Source: Macrostomum hystrix (taxonomy: Eukaryota > Animalia > Platyhelminthes). From it: 64,000 bases of DNA. The position numbers and the translations under genes were made by a program. Under the pieces are notes generated by a model, which was not told where the DNA came from, searched no databases, and was given only the letters and a program-made list of their open reading frames with translations. This document shows positions 38,145 through 50,200 of the stretch, piece after piece. Position 1 is the first letter of the stretch, and the number at the start of each line of letters is the position of its first letter. The stretch is taken from positions 2,294,001 to 2,358,000 of the forward strand of contig CATNEN010000031.1 in assembly GCA_950097015.1 (NCBI GenBank). The letters run 5' to 3'.

Positions 38145-38820
38145 CCTGCATTGATGGCTTGACGAGGGGAATGCCCGTATTGATGGTTTGATGAGGGAAT
38201 CCCCGTATTGATGGCTTGGTGAGGGGAATCCCTGTATTGATGTTTTGATGAGGGGAATCACTGTATTGATGGTTTGATTAGAGGAATGCCCGTATTGATG
38301 GTTTGATGAGGGAATCCCTGCATTAATGGTTTGATAATGGGAATCCCCGTATTGATGACTTGATGAGGGAATCCCCTTATTGATGGTTTGATGAGGGGAA
38401 TCCCCATATTGATGGTTTGATCAGGGAATCCCCGTATTGATGGCTTGACGAGGAGAATCCCTGCATTAATGGGAATCCCCGTATTGATGACTTGATGAGG
38501 GAATCCCCGTATTGATGGTTTGATGAGGGAATCCCTGCATTAATGGTTTGATAATGGGAATCCTCGTATTGATGACTTGATGAGGGAATCCCCGTATTGA
38601 TGGTTTGATGAGGGAATCCCTGCATTAATGGTTTGATAATGGGAATCCTCGTATTGATGACTTGATGAGGGAATCCCCGTATTGATGGTTTGATGAGGGA
38701 ATCCCTGCATTAATGGTTTGATAATGGGAATCCCCGCGTTGATGGCTTGATGAGAAGAATCCCTGTATTGATAGTTATAGTTTTTTAGAGGATTCTCCGC
38801 ATTGATGGCTTGATGAGGGA
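38145..38820. repeat. 28-30-bp degenerate minisatellite
   Basis: Unit gggaatccccgtattgatggtttgatga. Confidence 0.9.
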
Positions 38821-39068
38821 AGAAATTCCGCTTAAATGGCTTGTCGCGGTCAACCTGCTGTCCGAAAGTCATGGCAAAGTCACAGACTAGCGAAAGGTAT
38901 TATAATTCACATGTAGGGAGGTACATGCACATTTCAGAAGGCCCTGCATGCATAGAATAAAGTCCAAGGTATTAGAATAACTTTATGAGGAAAAGCGGGA
39001 TTAAAAAATGGCAATGCGAGGCATCACTCTGGGGGATTAAAGGAATCTGGTAGGCTGCCCAGCCTATA

Positions 39069-39332
39069 TTAGATTTTTGTGCACTCTAATCTTAAATTTC
39101 TTGGAGTCTGCTGTGGTCGAAGACTTGGTCGTCGGGCATCAAGACCTCCTGGGTGGGGGGACAAATATCCTCTCCACACCCGATATTTCCCCAATAGATC
39201 CGGCATCAGGCTTCCACTCCCCTCACTCCCAGCTGCACTAATCGATGCCGAATTCTCGTCTCGTTCTCGCATTGGGACTTTAATTGGGAACTGCTGCGGT
39301 GGGGCGGGCGCCGGTGCCGGATCAAACTCCAT
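39069..39332 (-). CDS. Possible small orphan ORF (87 aa)
   Basis: ATG start, GC-rich, protein-like N-terminus MEFDPAPAPAPPQQFPIKVPMRERDENS; no recognised domain. Confidence 0.2.
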   Translation of the reverse strand: MEFDPAPAPAPPQQFPIKVPMRERDENSASISAAGSEGSGSLMPDLLGKYRVWRGYLSPHPGGLDARRPSLRPQQTPRNLRLECTKI

Positions 39333-40085
39333 TCAGTCGATGGCCGCGTGCTGAGGCTGGTCGCTAATAGCGCTTGCTCCATCACGCACTCCCCCCGGCC
39401 CGAGATGCTGATCTGCCCAATCCCGAATGCGGGCGCACGGCTGGCTGGCATTAAAACAAGGCTTGCCCTCCCTCACCCCGCCCGCCCGCTGTGTTTGCCC
39501 AGGCCAGACAGCCGCTCTCATGCATTTTCTATTATTGATTCTCCCCAAAAGCAAACCGTGCAGCCTCCCTTCCTGGTTGCCATGCTTCTCTGCTCTCGCC
39601 CCCCTCGCATGCTAATCCACTGCGCCCATCTCCAACTGACTATTTCTTTCTCTGATAAGCCGAAGATACATAGGGTCTCAGCTCTAGAGAGAGGTGTGAA
39701 ACCAATCTCCTTCTAAAGGTAGGAAAAAAATACAGACCATTCGGTTTGGAGCGTGCAGAAGTGGCCGCCTGCCGAGGGCAACGACTGCTGTTTGGCGGGG
39801 CATGCACTGCAGGTAGTTTTACTTGCTGGGGCCGCTGTAAGTCCTATAAGTTCTGGCTATTGCTCTCTCACTCTGAAAATCCCAACCTTAATCCCACAGA
39901 CGGCGCCTCTTCCCCAATGCCCCATTCTCTCTCTCTCGCTGCCTCCCTACCACAAACCCTAGCGATTCTCCACCTCCCTCCCTCCACCAAAACACTTGCG
40001 GGCCGCCCGGAGTGGCTTAAAATACGCGGCTGCAGGAAGGCCGCCACAAAAGTGGCCAGCGCTAGAGAACTGAGCGGAGCTGGGC

Positions 40086-40316
40086 ATGGCTGGCAGCAGG
40101 CACGTCTGCTGCTTCTTGTTCGGCATCTCCATCCTGCTTACCGGCACCTCCATGACAATGTTCCTCTACCTGCTGTGGGCTGGCTCAACGCTCAACTGGG
40201 ACAGCGGCGGTGGCGGCTCCCTGCTGTCTGCCAGGGATGCCGACAGGCTCCGGATGCTCAGCGAGATCCGCGCACTGCAGCGCGATGATGCCGTGCTGAA
40301 CCGTGTCAGGCTGTGA
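40086..40316 (+). CDS. Probable first exon or small ORF of a type II membrane protein
   Basis: MAGSRHVCCFLFGISILLTGTSMTMFLYLLW signal-anchor then helical stem, with GC3-rich codons like neighbouring genes; 3' structure obscured by tandem array. Confidence 0.5.
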   Translation: MAGSRHVCCFLFGISILLTGTSMTMFLYLLWAGSTLNWDSGGGGSLLSARDADRLRMLSEIRALQRDDAVLNRVRL

Positions 40317-40641
40317 TCCTGGCAGGCCGCTGGCTGTGCGAGTGCCTCGTCCAGGCTGTGAGATCCTGGTATGCAGCTGGCTGTGCGAGTGCCTCAGTCA
40401 TGCTGTGAGATCCTGGTATGCAGCTGGCTGTGCGAGTGCCTCAGTCAGGCTGTGAGATCCTGGTATGCAGCTGGCTGTGCGAGTGCCTCAGTCAGGCTGT
40501 GAGATCCTGGTATGCAGCTGGCTGTGCGAGTGCCTCATCCAGGCTGTGAGATCCTGGTATGCAGCTGGCTGTGCGAGTGCCTCAGTCATGCTGTGAGATC
40601 CTGGTATGCAGCTGGCTGTGCGAGTGCCTCATCCAGGCTGT
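40310..40641. repeat. 47-bp tandem repeat, about 7 copies
   Basis: Unit gctgtgagatcctggtatgcagctggctgtgcgagtgcctcagtcag; first copy overlaps ORF end. Confidence 0.92.
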
Positions 40642-40724
40642 GCGAATGCCTCATCCATATTACGCGAATCTCAACTAGGCATTTAGACTCAGCCAAAGGC
40701 AAAGCAGCTGTTGAATGTGCCACT

Positions 40725-41190
40725 CCTGACTCCAGTGTTCTCCTGTCAGCTGCAGAATGTGCTGCTACCGACTCCAGTGTTCTGCTGTCAGCTGCAGAAT
40801 GTGCTGCTACCGACTCCAGTGTTCTCCTGTCAGCTGCAGAATGTGCTGCTACCGACTCCAGTGTTCTCCTGTCAGCTGCAGAATGTGCTGCTACTGACTA
40901 CAGTGTTCTCCTATCAGCTGCAGAATGTGCTGCTACTGACACCAGTGTTCTCCTATCAGCTGCAGAATGTGCTGCTACTGACTCCAGTGTTCTCCTGTCA
41001 GCTGCAGAATGTGCTGCTACTGACACCAGTGTTCTCCTATCAGCTGCAGAATGTGCTGCTACTGACTCCAGTGTTCTCCTGTCAGCTGCAGAATGTGCTG
41101 CTACTGACTCCAGTGTTCTCCTGTCAGCTGCAGAATGTGCTGCTACTGACTCCAGTGTTCTCCTGTCAGCTGCAGAATGTGCTGCTACTA
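40725..41190. repeat. 42-bp tandem repeat, about 11 copies
   Basis: Unit ctgtcagctgcagaatgtgctgctactgactccagtgttctc. Confidence 0.94.
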
Positions 41191-41619
41191 AACGGCAGAT
41201 TGACTAGTCACCTTTTGTTAATTTCCTTTGCGATGCAATACACATACTTATACCTCTATGCTTTTACAATTTGTTGGTGCAGTTTTGTGTCTCCAAACTT
41301 CGTTGTAAGTGATCTCTCAGATCTCAGATCAATTGGTGATCGCCGATCTAAATTTATCTTAACTGAATTTTCCACTTGCCTCACTAGCCTACTATCAGTA
41401 GGACACTGAGTAAAATTACAGATATGTTTAAAAATGACTGAAAACGCAAACCTATAATACGTGTCAGCTCACCAGCAGAACTGAACTGCCACAGTCAATC
41501 ACTGGACAAAATCATCTGAGTTCACCAAACCAAAATCATTTAAACCTGTCACTCGTTCGTGATTTACTCTCCCTCTTTGTTCTTAATGTGTATATAGGCC
41601 CCTATATGTGTATATGTGT

Positions 41620-42570
41620 ATATTCTCCCCTTCTCACATTCGTCAATATTATCCGTATCTCTATTCTCCTATTCTCTCATTCCTCCATATTCTTCCTGTA
41701 TCTCCATTCTCCCATCTCTCATTCCTCCATATTCTCCCTGTATCTCCATTCTCCTATTCTCTCATTCCTCCATATTCTCCCTGTATCCCTATTCTCCCAT
41801 TCTCTCATTCCTCTATATTCTTCCTGTATCTCCATTCTCCTATTCTCTCATTCCTCCATATTCTTACTGTATCCCTAATCTCCCATTCTCTCATTCCTCT
41901 ATATTCTTACTGTATCCCTAATCTCCCATTCTCTCATTCCTCTATATTCTTCCTGTATCACCATTCTCGTATTCTCTCATTCCTCCATATTCTCCCTGTA
42001 TCCCTAATCTCCCATTCTCTCATTCCTCCATATTCTTCCTGTATCCCTAATCTCCCATTCTCTCATTCCTCCATATTCTTCCTGTATCCCAAATCTCCCA
42101 TTCTCTCATTCCTCCATATTCTTTCTGTATCACCATTCTCGTATTCTCTCATTCCTCCATATTCTTCCTGTATCCCTATTCTCCTATTCTCTCATTCCTC
42201 CATATTCTTCCTGTATCCCTAATCTCCCATTCTCTCATTCCTCTATATTCTTCCTGTATCCCTAATCTCCCATTCTCTCATTCCTCTATATTCTTCCTGT
42301 ATCCCTATTCTCCCATTCTCTCATTCCTCCATATTCTTCCTGTATCCCTATTCTCCCATTCTCTCATTCCTCTATATTCTTCCTGTATCCCTATTCTCCC
42401 ATTCTCTCATTCCTCTATATTCTTCCTGTATCCCTAATCTCCCATTCTCTCATTCCTCCATATTCTTCCTGTATCCCTATTCTCCCATTCTCTCATTCCT
42501 CCATATTCTTTCTGTATCCCTATTCTCCCATTCTCTCATTCCTCCATATTCTTTCTGTATCACCATTCTC
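41620..42570. repeat. 43-bp CT-rich tandem repeat
   Basis: Unit ctcccattctctcattcctccatattcttcctgtatccctatt. Confidence 0.94.
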
Positions 42571-44204
42571 GTATTTTTGCTTCTTCTAAGGATTTAAAAT
42601 TCTTTATTCTCATTTCTCATTTTATTCTCATTTCTCATTCTATTCTCATTTCGACATTTGCCAATTGATGGCCGAATTTTTTTCGTGAAAATATTGGGCA
42701 AATTATGAAGTCAAATACAAAAACCAAATTTGTTTTTATCTAGTTCAGTTACAACAAAAAATCAATTATGCGTGAAACAGTTCTGTTCATTATATTTTGT
42801 TTGGAAGAACTGCAAATTTTCGCAAAAGCAATTACGGTGGATAAGGGAAGGGAGACGCTCAAAGACAGGCGGCAGCAAATGATAGTCCCACCTGCCCAAC
42901 AGTCACAGCTTGGACTGGCGGGAAACTATCATTCGACACCCTGGGGAATGCGCCAGATTTGAATAGGAGAGTTTGAGTAGCTCCTACTGCATCTAGCCAT
43001 CCCGCTGTCTTGATTGCTCACACGTTGAACAGCAGGCACTGCTTACCTCTGACAACTGGGCCTTGGCTGTGGACTCCGCCGCATTCCTGGCCGAATCCAA
43101 CTCCGCGCTCCCGGCAGATGCCCAACAAGCCGGCCCGGGCTCCGCCAATTTAAGCTCTGATCCCGGAGGAGGGGGTGGGTGAGAGTGCCAACGCAGCACG
43201 CAACAGCTGCTGCCAGGGACCCTTCTCACACTGCTGCCCTGCCCTCCCTACCTGAAAGTGGAGTCAGCAGTCAGCTAAACCCCCCCCTTGGACTGGCGAC
43301 TCCGCACCATATTCCCGAAAATACAGCCGATCCCAATCGAACCAATTCATTCCCTTCCCCCTCTGTTTCCTTGAATTCAATTCATTTCTTATTTTTCAAA
43401 TGCGGCTCACATTAAACTGGCTATAGGGGTAGGGCGCGCTTGCTTTCTCTGTCTCGCTACTGGCAGCTTAACAAAGTGAAGCCGTCTGCTTCTGCGGAGG
43501 GTGGGGTGGTTCTTGTTAAAAAAAGTTGCGGGGCGAGAACCAGATGGTGACAACAATGCGAGGGACCACCCCCTCGTGTGGGTTAATATACTAAGGCTCA
43601 TTGCGTGGGGACCATTTGTCTCCTCTCTGTGCCGTGTTTTCTCCCCCTCCGTCTCGTATTTGCAATCCCCAGCTGGAGTATGTGTGGCAGTGGGAGCATT
43701 GCAACGAACCTCCCTCACGCGAAAAAGCAACGGGCTTATTAGCAAAGACTAAATATATGGCCCACTCTAACTTTGCTGGAGCAGCGGTATAACAGACTGA
43801 GAAGGGGGGCTGATTCACGAGACATGCTGCAGTCAACTATGGACAGCCAGTTCGGTGTTCGAACTGCATAGCATGACAGCCCACTTGAGCCATTGTTGAG
43901 CTAGCTGCTGGCCTCTCACCTTAGCCCCTTCTCAATCGCCACTTCTCATTGCCTTCTGTCCTGCTGGCCTTGAGCTGACTTCACATACGCTATAGTTGAA
44001 GCTCTATTTGACATTCTGTCGTCTTACTGCTAGCTTCTCTCACTGCTGTGTACCGTAGAGAGGAAATTCTCGCTAAGTTTATTTTCAAAATTTCTTTTGC
44101 TTCTGTTGCTATGCCCACGCTTTTGTCGTGACCGTTACTAGCCTATAAAATATACTGTAGTATGAGATCAAAGCTTCGATTTTTTTGTAATTATTGCAAA
44201 CCTA

Positions 44205-45695
44205 TGGTCAGCGGGTGTCAGTATGGACTGTGGGTGTCAGTATGGTCAGCGGGTGTCAGTATGGACTGTGGGTGTCAGTATGGACTGTGGGTGTCAGTAG
44301 ATATAGTGAGTGTCAGTATGGGCAGCGGGTGTCAGTATGGACAGTGGGTGTCAGTAGATATAGTGGGTGTCAGTAGATATAGTGGGTGTCAGTAGATATA
44401 GTGGGTGTCAGTAAGGACTGTGAGTGTCAGTAGATATAGTGGGTGTCAGTATGGACAGTGGGTGTCAGTAGATATAGTGGGTGTCAGTAAGGACTGTGAG
44501 TGTCAGTAGATATAGTGGGTGTCAGTATGGACAGTGGGTGTCAGTAAGGACTGTGAGTGTCAGTAGATATAGTGGGTGTCAGTATGGACAGTGGGTGTCA
44601 GTATGGACTGTGAGTGTCAGTATGGACAGTGGGTGTCAGTAGATATAGTGGGTGTCAGTATGGACAGTGGGTGTCAGTAGATATAGTGGGTGTCAGTATG
44701 GACAGTGGGTGTCAGTATGGACTGTGAGTGTCCGTATGGACAGTGGGTGTCAGTAGATATAGTGGGTGTCAGTATGGACAGTGGGTGTCAGTAGATATAG
44801 TGGGTGTCAGTATGGACAGTGGGTGTCAGTATGGACTGTGAGTGTCCGTATGGACAGTGGGTGTCAGTAGATATAGTGGGTGTCAGTATGGACAGTGGGT
44901 GTCAGTATGGACTGTGAGTGTCAGTATGGACAGTGGGTGTCAGTAGATATAGTGGGTGTCAGTATGGACAGTGGGTGTCAGTATGGACTGTGAGTGTCCG
45001 TATGGACAGTGGGTGTCAGTAGATATAGTGGGTGTCAGTATGGACAGTGGGTGTCAGTATGGACTGTGAGTGTCAGTATGGACAGTGGGTGTCAGTAGAT
45101 ATAGTGGGTGTCAGTATGGACAGTGGGTGTCAGTATGGACAGTGGGTGTCAGTAGATATAGTGGGTGTCAGTATGGACAGTGGGTGTCAGTATGGACTGT
45201 CAGTGTCCGTATGGACAGTGGGTGTCAGTAGATATAGTGGGTGTCAGTAGATATAGTGGGTGTCAGTAGATATAGTGGGTGTCAGTAGATATAGTGGGTG
45301 TCAGTAGATATAGTGGGTGTCAGTAGATATAGTGGGTGTCAGTAGATATAGTGGGTGTCAGTAGATATAGTGGGTGTCAGTAGATATAGTGGGTGTCAGT
45401 ATGGGCAGCGGGTGTCAGTATGGGCAGCGAGTGTCAGTAGATATAGTGGGTGTCAGTAGATATAGTGGGTGTCAGTATGGGCAGCGGGTGTCAGTATGGG
45501 CAGCGGGTGTCAGTATGGGCAGCGAGTGGCAGTAGATATAGTGGGTGTCAGTAGATATAGTGGGTGTCAGTATGGGCAGCGGGTGTCAGTATGGGCAGCG
45601 AGTGTCAGTAGATATAGTGGGTGTCAGTAGATATAGTGGGTGTCAGTATGGGCAGCGGGTGTCAGTATGGGCAGCGAGTGTCAGTAGATATAGTG
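44205..45695. repeat. 19-bp two-variant minisatellite
   Basis: Units gtgggtgtcagtagatata / gtgggtgtcagtatggaca. Confidence 0.95.
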
Positions 45696-46364
45696 TCTGC
45701 ATGGACAGAACTGTTTGCATTGTCTCACAAATGAGTAATAATGAGCACAAATGAACCTCATTGGGCTTGTAAGTATTTGTTAAAAACTCAGCATGCAGTA
45801 GTTTTATTAAGTTATGCAAATCATAAATTTATGCGACTATCAGTTATTTACACAGGTACACGTACTTGCTGTGTACGAGGCCGGTAAAGCAACAGCTAAA
45901 AGTGCAGTAGCGCGCGCATATAGAGCACTCAAAAATGTATTCTGCCTGCTCGTGCATGAGGAGCTGCTGCAATTGTCTGATAAACAGCGATTGAAGGACA
46001 GAAACTAGCAGCAACAAAGTATTTATAAGACTGCCAAATTTTAACAGTCAAGCTAAAAATAGTTATTTTTCATGACAAAAATGAAGCGGCGAAACAAATT
46101 AAACTGATGTAAAAATTATCGTTTGCAATGTGATAATTATTTGCAATTCAAAGTAAAATTCCGTCTACAGATAGATCAGAGCAAAGATTTGTAAGATAAT
46201 ATCATACAAGAAGATTAAGAATTCTAGGCAAATATTTTTTTGTCAGAAACACTGGATTCTGACTTCATTGGCCCTTTTTTTGAGCAGATTTTTTCCAACT
46301 CTTTTCTAAAAGTTTCTTCTTCTAAAGTTTCATTTTACCACCTCACATTCTCCTAATTAGCTAG

Positions 46365-46665
46365 TGCCCCACCACCTCACTCTCTCTCCATTGGCTGGCG
46401 CACCCACCACCTCACTCTCTCTCCATTGGCTGGCGCGCCCACCACCTCACTCTCTCTCCATTGGCTGGCGCACCCACCACCTCACTCTCTCTCCATTGGC
46501 TGGCGCACCCACCACCTCACTCTCTCTCCATTGGCTGGAGCACCCACCACCTCACTCTCTCTCCATTGGCTGGTGCACCCACCACCTCACTCTTTCTCCA
46601 TTGGCTGGCGCACCCACCACCTCACTCTCTCTCCATTAGCTGGCGCACCCACCACTCCACTCTCT
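46365..46665. repeat. 35-bp tandem repeat
   Basis: Unit cacccaccacctcactctctctccattggctggcg, about 8 copies. Confidence 0.92.
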
Positions 46666-47127
46666 CCGGATTGGATTCACTGTCACACTGCCTGTGATTA
46701 GCTATCAGCAGCGCACAGTAACAGATTACTTGTGATTAAAAAGTAGAAGAGCAACTGAGAAAGCTCTCTACACAAAAATATACTATTGCGAAAAAGTACT
46801 TGTCTAATGACCAATACGGGCTCATAGTTTTGACAAATACGCTCGTACCTTTACGTTCCAAAGCACAATGGTATGACGAAAAGCAAACAATGCTATTTTG
46901 TTCTGACGCAAAATTCTATCGAGAAGATTGCATTGCAAAACAATTTAGCGAATTGAAAAAAGCACACAAAGACCAGAAAGTGTCTGGACACTGAATGCCA
47001 CAATATAACAGGTAGGTTAAGGACCGAAAATTCCTAATTTTGGTTATTGTTCTACATAATTGTTCCCGTGGCAACTAGTAAGATGCTAATGTTAAATAGT
47101 TTCGAATTATCTGTAGAGTACTCTTGC

Positions 47128-47173
47128 TCACACCTGACACATTTCTTGCAGACTCGATTCGTCTAACAGAGGC

Positions 47174-47209
<36 letters not shown>

Positions 47210-50200
47210 GTCCTGTGCCGCGCTCCCGCCTGCCTGTCCGCCAGCTCCTTGAACAGAATCAGCGCATCCTTGCGGCCGGCCTTCTGCAGGCAGCGGCCCA
47301 GGACGCCGATGGTGGCACCAGGCCGCTGGGACCAGTCGCGCAGCATCAGCCGGATGGGACTCTGGCGCAGCGAGTCAGCCCGTGACTCGAACTCGCGCAC
47401 CTCCTCGGGTAGGTAGCCTTAAAAAAGTAAATTATGTTAACTATACTACTTTAGTAGTTAGGCGGTAATTGGTAGTCAAGGGCTAGAAGTAGTATTTACT
47501 TCTAAAGACACTTACTTTCCTAGTGCAACAGCTTACCCAGCTGTAAGATTTCTATCAGCTGGGGTAGAATTTGGGTGGGTGTGGCGGCCTACCCAGTCCA
47601 CGGACTGAAAACTTGTACACACCAACTGGAAGCCCACTGGCTGTACATATCGGGTCCAACTGGGTTAGGTTCTATTTATCTACTCGTATTTTACGTTCTC
47701 AGGACGGGTTTTAGCCATAGACAGCGGCGAATAGGGACTCACCTAGCTCGGCGGCCAGCTCCTTCCACGCGGCGGGGTCCGGACTGTTGCTGAGGATGTT
47801 CTCCAGTCGTTGAAAGCGCGAATCCGAGATCTCCTTCAGCGGCCGGGTGCTGCTGCTGACGGAGGCAGCCAGCGCGTCGCTGCCCCCGAAGCCGCTGTCA
47901 ATACTGCGCCGTTTTAGCAGAGCGGCGGGCTGGCAGCTCCCTGGCGGCGGATACACGGGACTCTGTGGCGGAATCAGGGCGCTGCTGCCAGAAAACTGCT
48001 GGTGCTGCTGGTGCTGCTGGGTCTTCCTGTCGTGCTGCACGCGACGCCGGAAGTACTTGAAGACAATCCAAACGATTAGGCTGACGATGACAGCGCCGAG
48101 AACGGCACAGTACACCGGGATCATGTCGTTGTGGCTGGCCGGGTGTCGGCTGATCGGCTCTGTCGAAGGAAGCCGCCATGCGCAATAGAATTATTCGTGA
48201 TAAATATCGCGATGCGAATCCCTGTGCTCTACTCTTAGTAGGCTGTTTAGAATGTCTATAATTTTCATCGGCATTTTAACGATGGTCTAACCTACTCTAA
48301 CTCCGAGGCATTCTCATACGCTTTAGCTAGACCCGCAATAAACAGACTACGGTGAGAAACAGACGAATCTCAATTAGATCAAAGGATTCTCGCCGGCAAA
48401 CCATTGCTCAAGCACTTATCTGCAATAAAAAGCTGTTTTCAATTTAGCTAAGCAATGTTACGCAGTCGCTTTATTATTCCAGACGAAGAATTTCAATATT
48501 CTTAAGCTTATTAACTGTATAATTATACCACCCTCTCATATCATATGGGCCAGACTTTGAACAGAAAAATAATTTTATAGCGCCATAATTCAGCTGACAA
48601 TTAAAAGTTATAATTTGTTCTACGCCTATATAAAAACATACGAAATAGAAAATTGTTTAATAAAAACAAATCAAAATCTTTAAAACGTTGTAACAAACAT
48701 GAGAATAGGAAATTGAGCGCCAATTTAAACTTAGGATTCAAAATTGAAATTTTCAACATTTTAACAAACACGAGAAGAGGAAATTTGGCGCGATTTGAAA
48801 CTTTAACTATTTTTACTATCTAAAATTGAAATTTTCTAAGCAATCAAACAATCTCAAACAAACTCTAACAAAAGGAATAACAGAAGCCCCACAAAGATTA
48901 AAAAGGGCGAAAATCGAGTGCTATCCAGCTGCTGTTTCGGCCTCCGTGTCGGCCTCGGCTAACTTTATCTAATTTACGCAGGTTCGGCGGGAGACAACAC
49001 GGTGGCTATAAATTTCTGCATAGCGGCGCCCCTTGATGGTCTGGCGGACATTGCGGCTTAGACTACCTCGCCAGGTATCCATCCACCTTCCCCCCCTCTC
49101 TTTTCCCCTCTTGGTTTTCCCTTTTATGACTATTAACATTTTTTTCGTACGGACAGCGCCTATAGGAAACACAGAAGGCAACACATTCTTCTATTTCCTG
49201 CTAATCCTGCTAGAGCCCATTCTTCTAGGTCATATCTCTCCTAGTTTTAATGTTAGGCGTTCCGGTACCCGGGCCCTAGCTGCGAATGCGGAGTCATAAA
49301 AACTTAGAGAGGCTCACTTACTGCGCACTATGCTGGCCAGTGCGTATAGCTTTTAGAAACTTGGCTTTTAGAAAAATTCAGCTCAACTGACTACTGAGCA
49401 CAAACATTCTGCATGGGATCTCAAAGCGGTGTCAGAGATGGGATCTCACCCATGGGATGGAATGTGAGACATGGGATCTCAAAGCGGTGTCAGAGATGGG
49501 ATCTCACCCATGGGATGGAATGTGAGACATGGGATCTCAAAGCGGTGTCAGAGATGGGATCTCACCTATGGGATGGAATGTGAGACATGGGATCTCAAAG
49601 CGGTGTCAGAGATGGGATCTCACCCATGGGATGGAATGTGAGACATGGGATCTCAAAATTGTGCCAAAGGGGAATGCTTGGGTATTCGACAGCATTAGCC
49701 AAACCGAGGATTTGGTGCGCGATTGAGTGATGAGAAATTATTTGTGGTACCATGGAAGAAAATTATACCCGGATTATATAGAGGCCATTCGGTAGTGGCA
49801 TGGGGGTCATTTGTCTCCCGTCAGTGATCTAGTGCAGCGGTGCCGTCGTGGAGAATGAGATTATCGTGAGCAGTTCGCACGGCTCGCTCAAGAGTCCCAG
49901 AGAAATGCTAAACTGATATTTTGTGAGCTTAGCCGGGCGCATGCAGAGTAGCCGTTGTTGAGTTGTAATTTTTTTGGCTACGAGTATAATTTTCCATTCC
50001 ACTATGTCTGGTAAAAAGATTATTGCCAGCGACACTAGAAAGCATTTACTGCAATGAATGCGATCATATTTTTACCCATATTCATTGCCTTCCCTCCCAC
50101 TGAATTTATTGATGCCCTATTTCATCTGTCCTTGCCGCCATAATCTAGCTAGCATCATCTCATTTTTATCTGTCCTCTCCCATCTGTCCTGTCCTCTCTC

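Noticed and set aside
48981-49073. Exon-like segment (branch point, CAG, GTATCC donor) antisense to the NGFR-like intron
   Set aside because: Stops in all three frames and no linked exons; cannot support even a non-coding call
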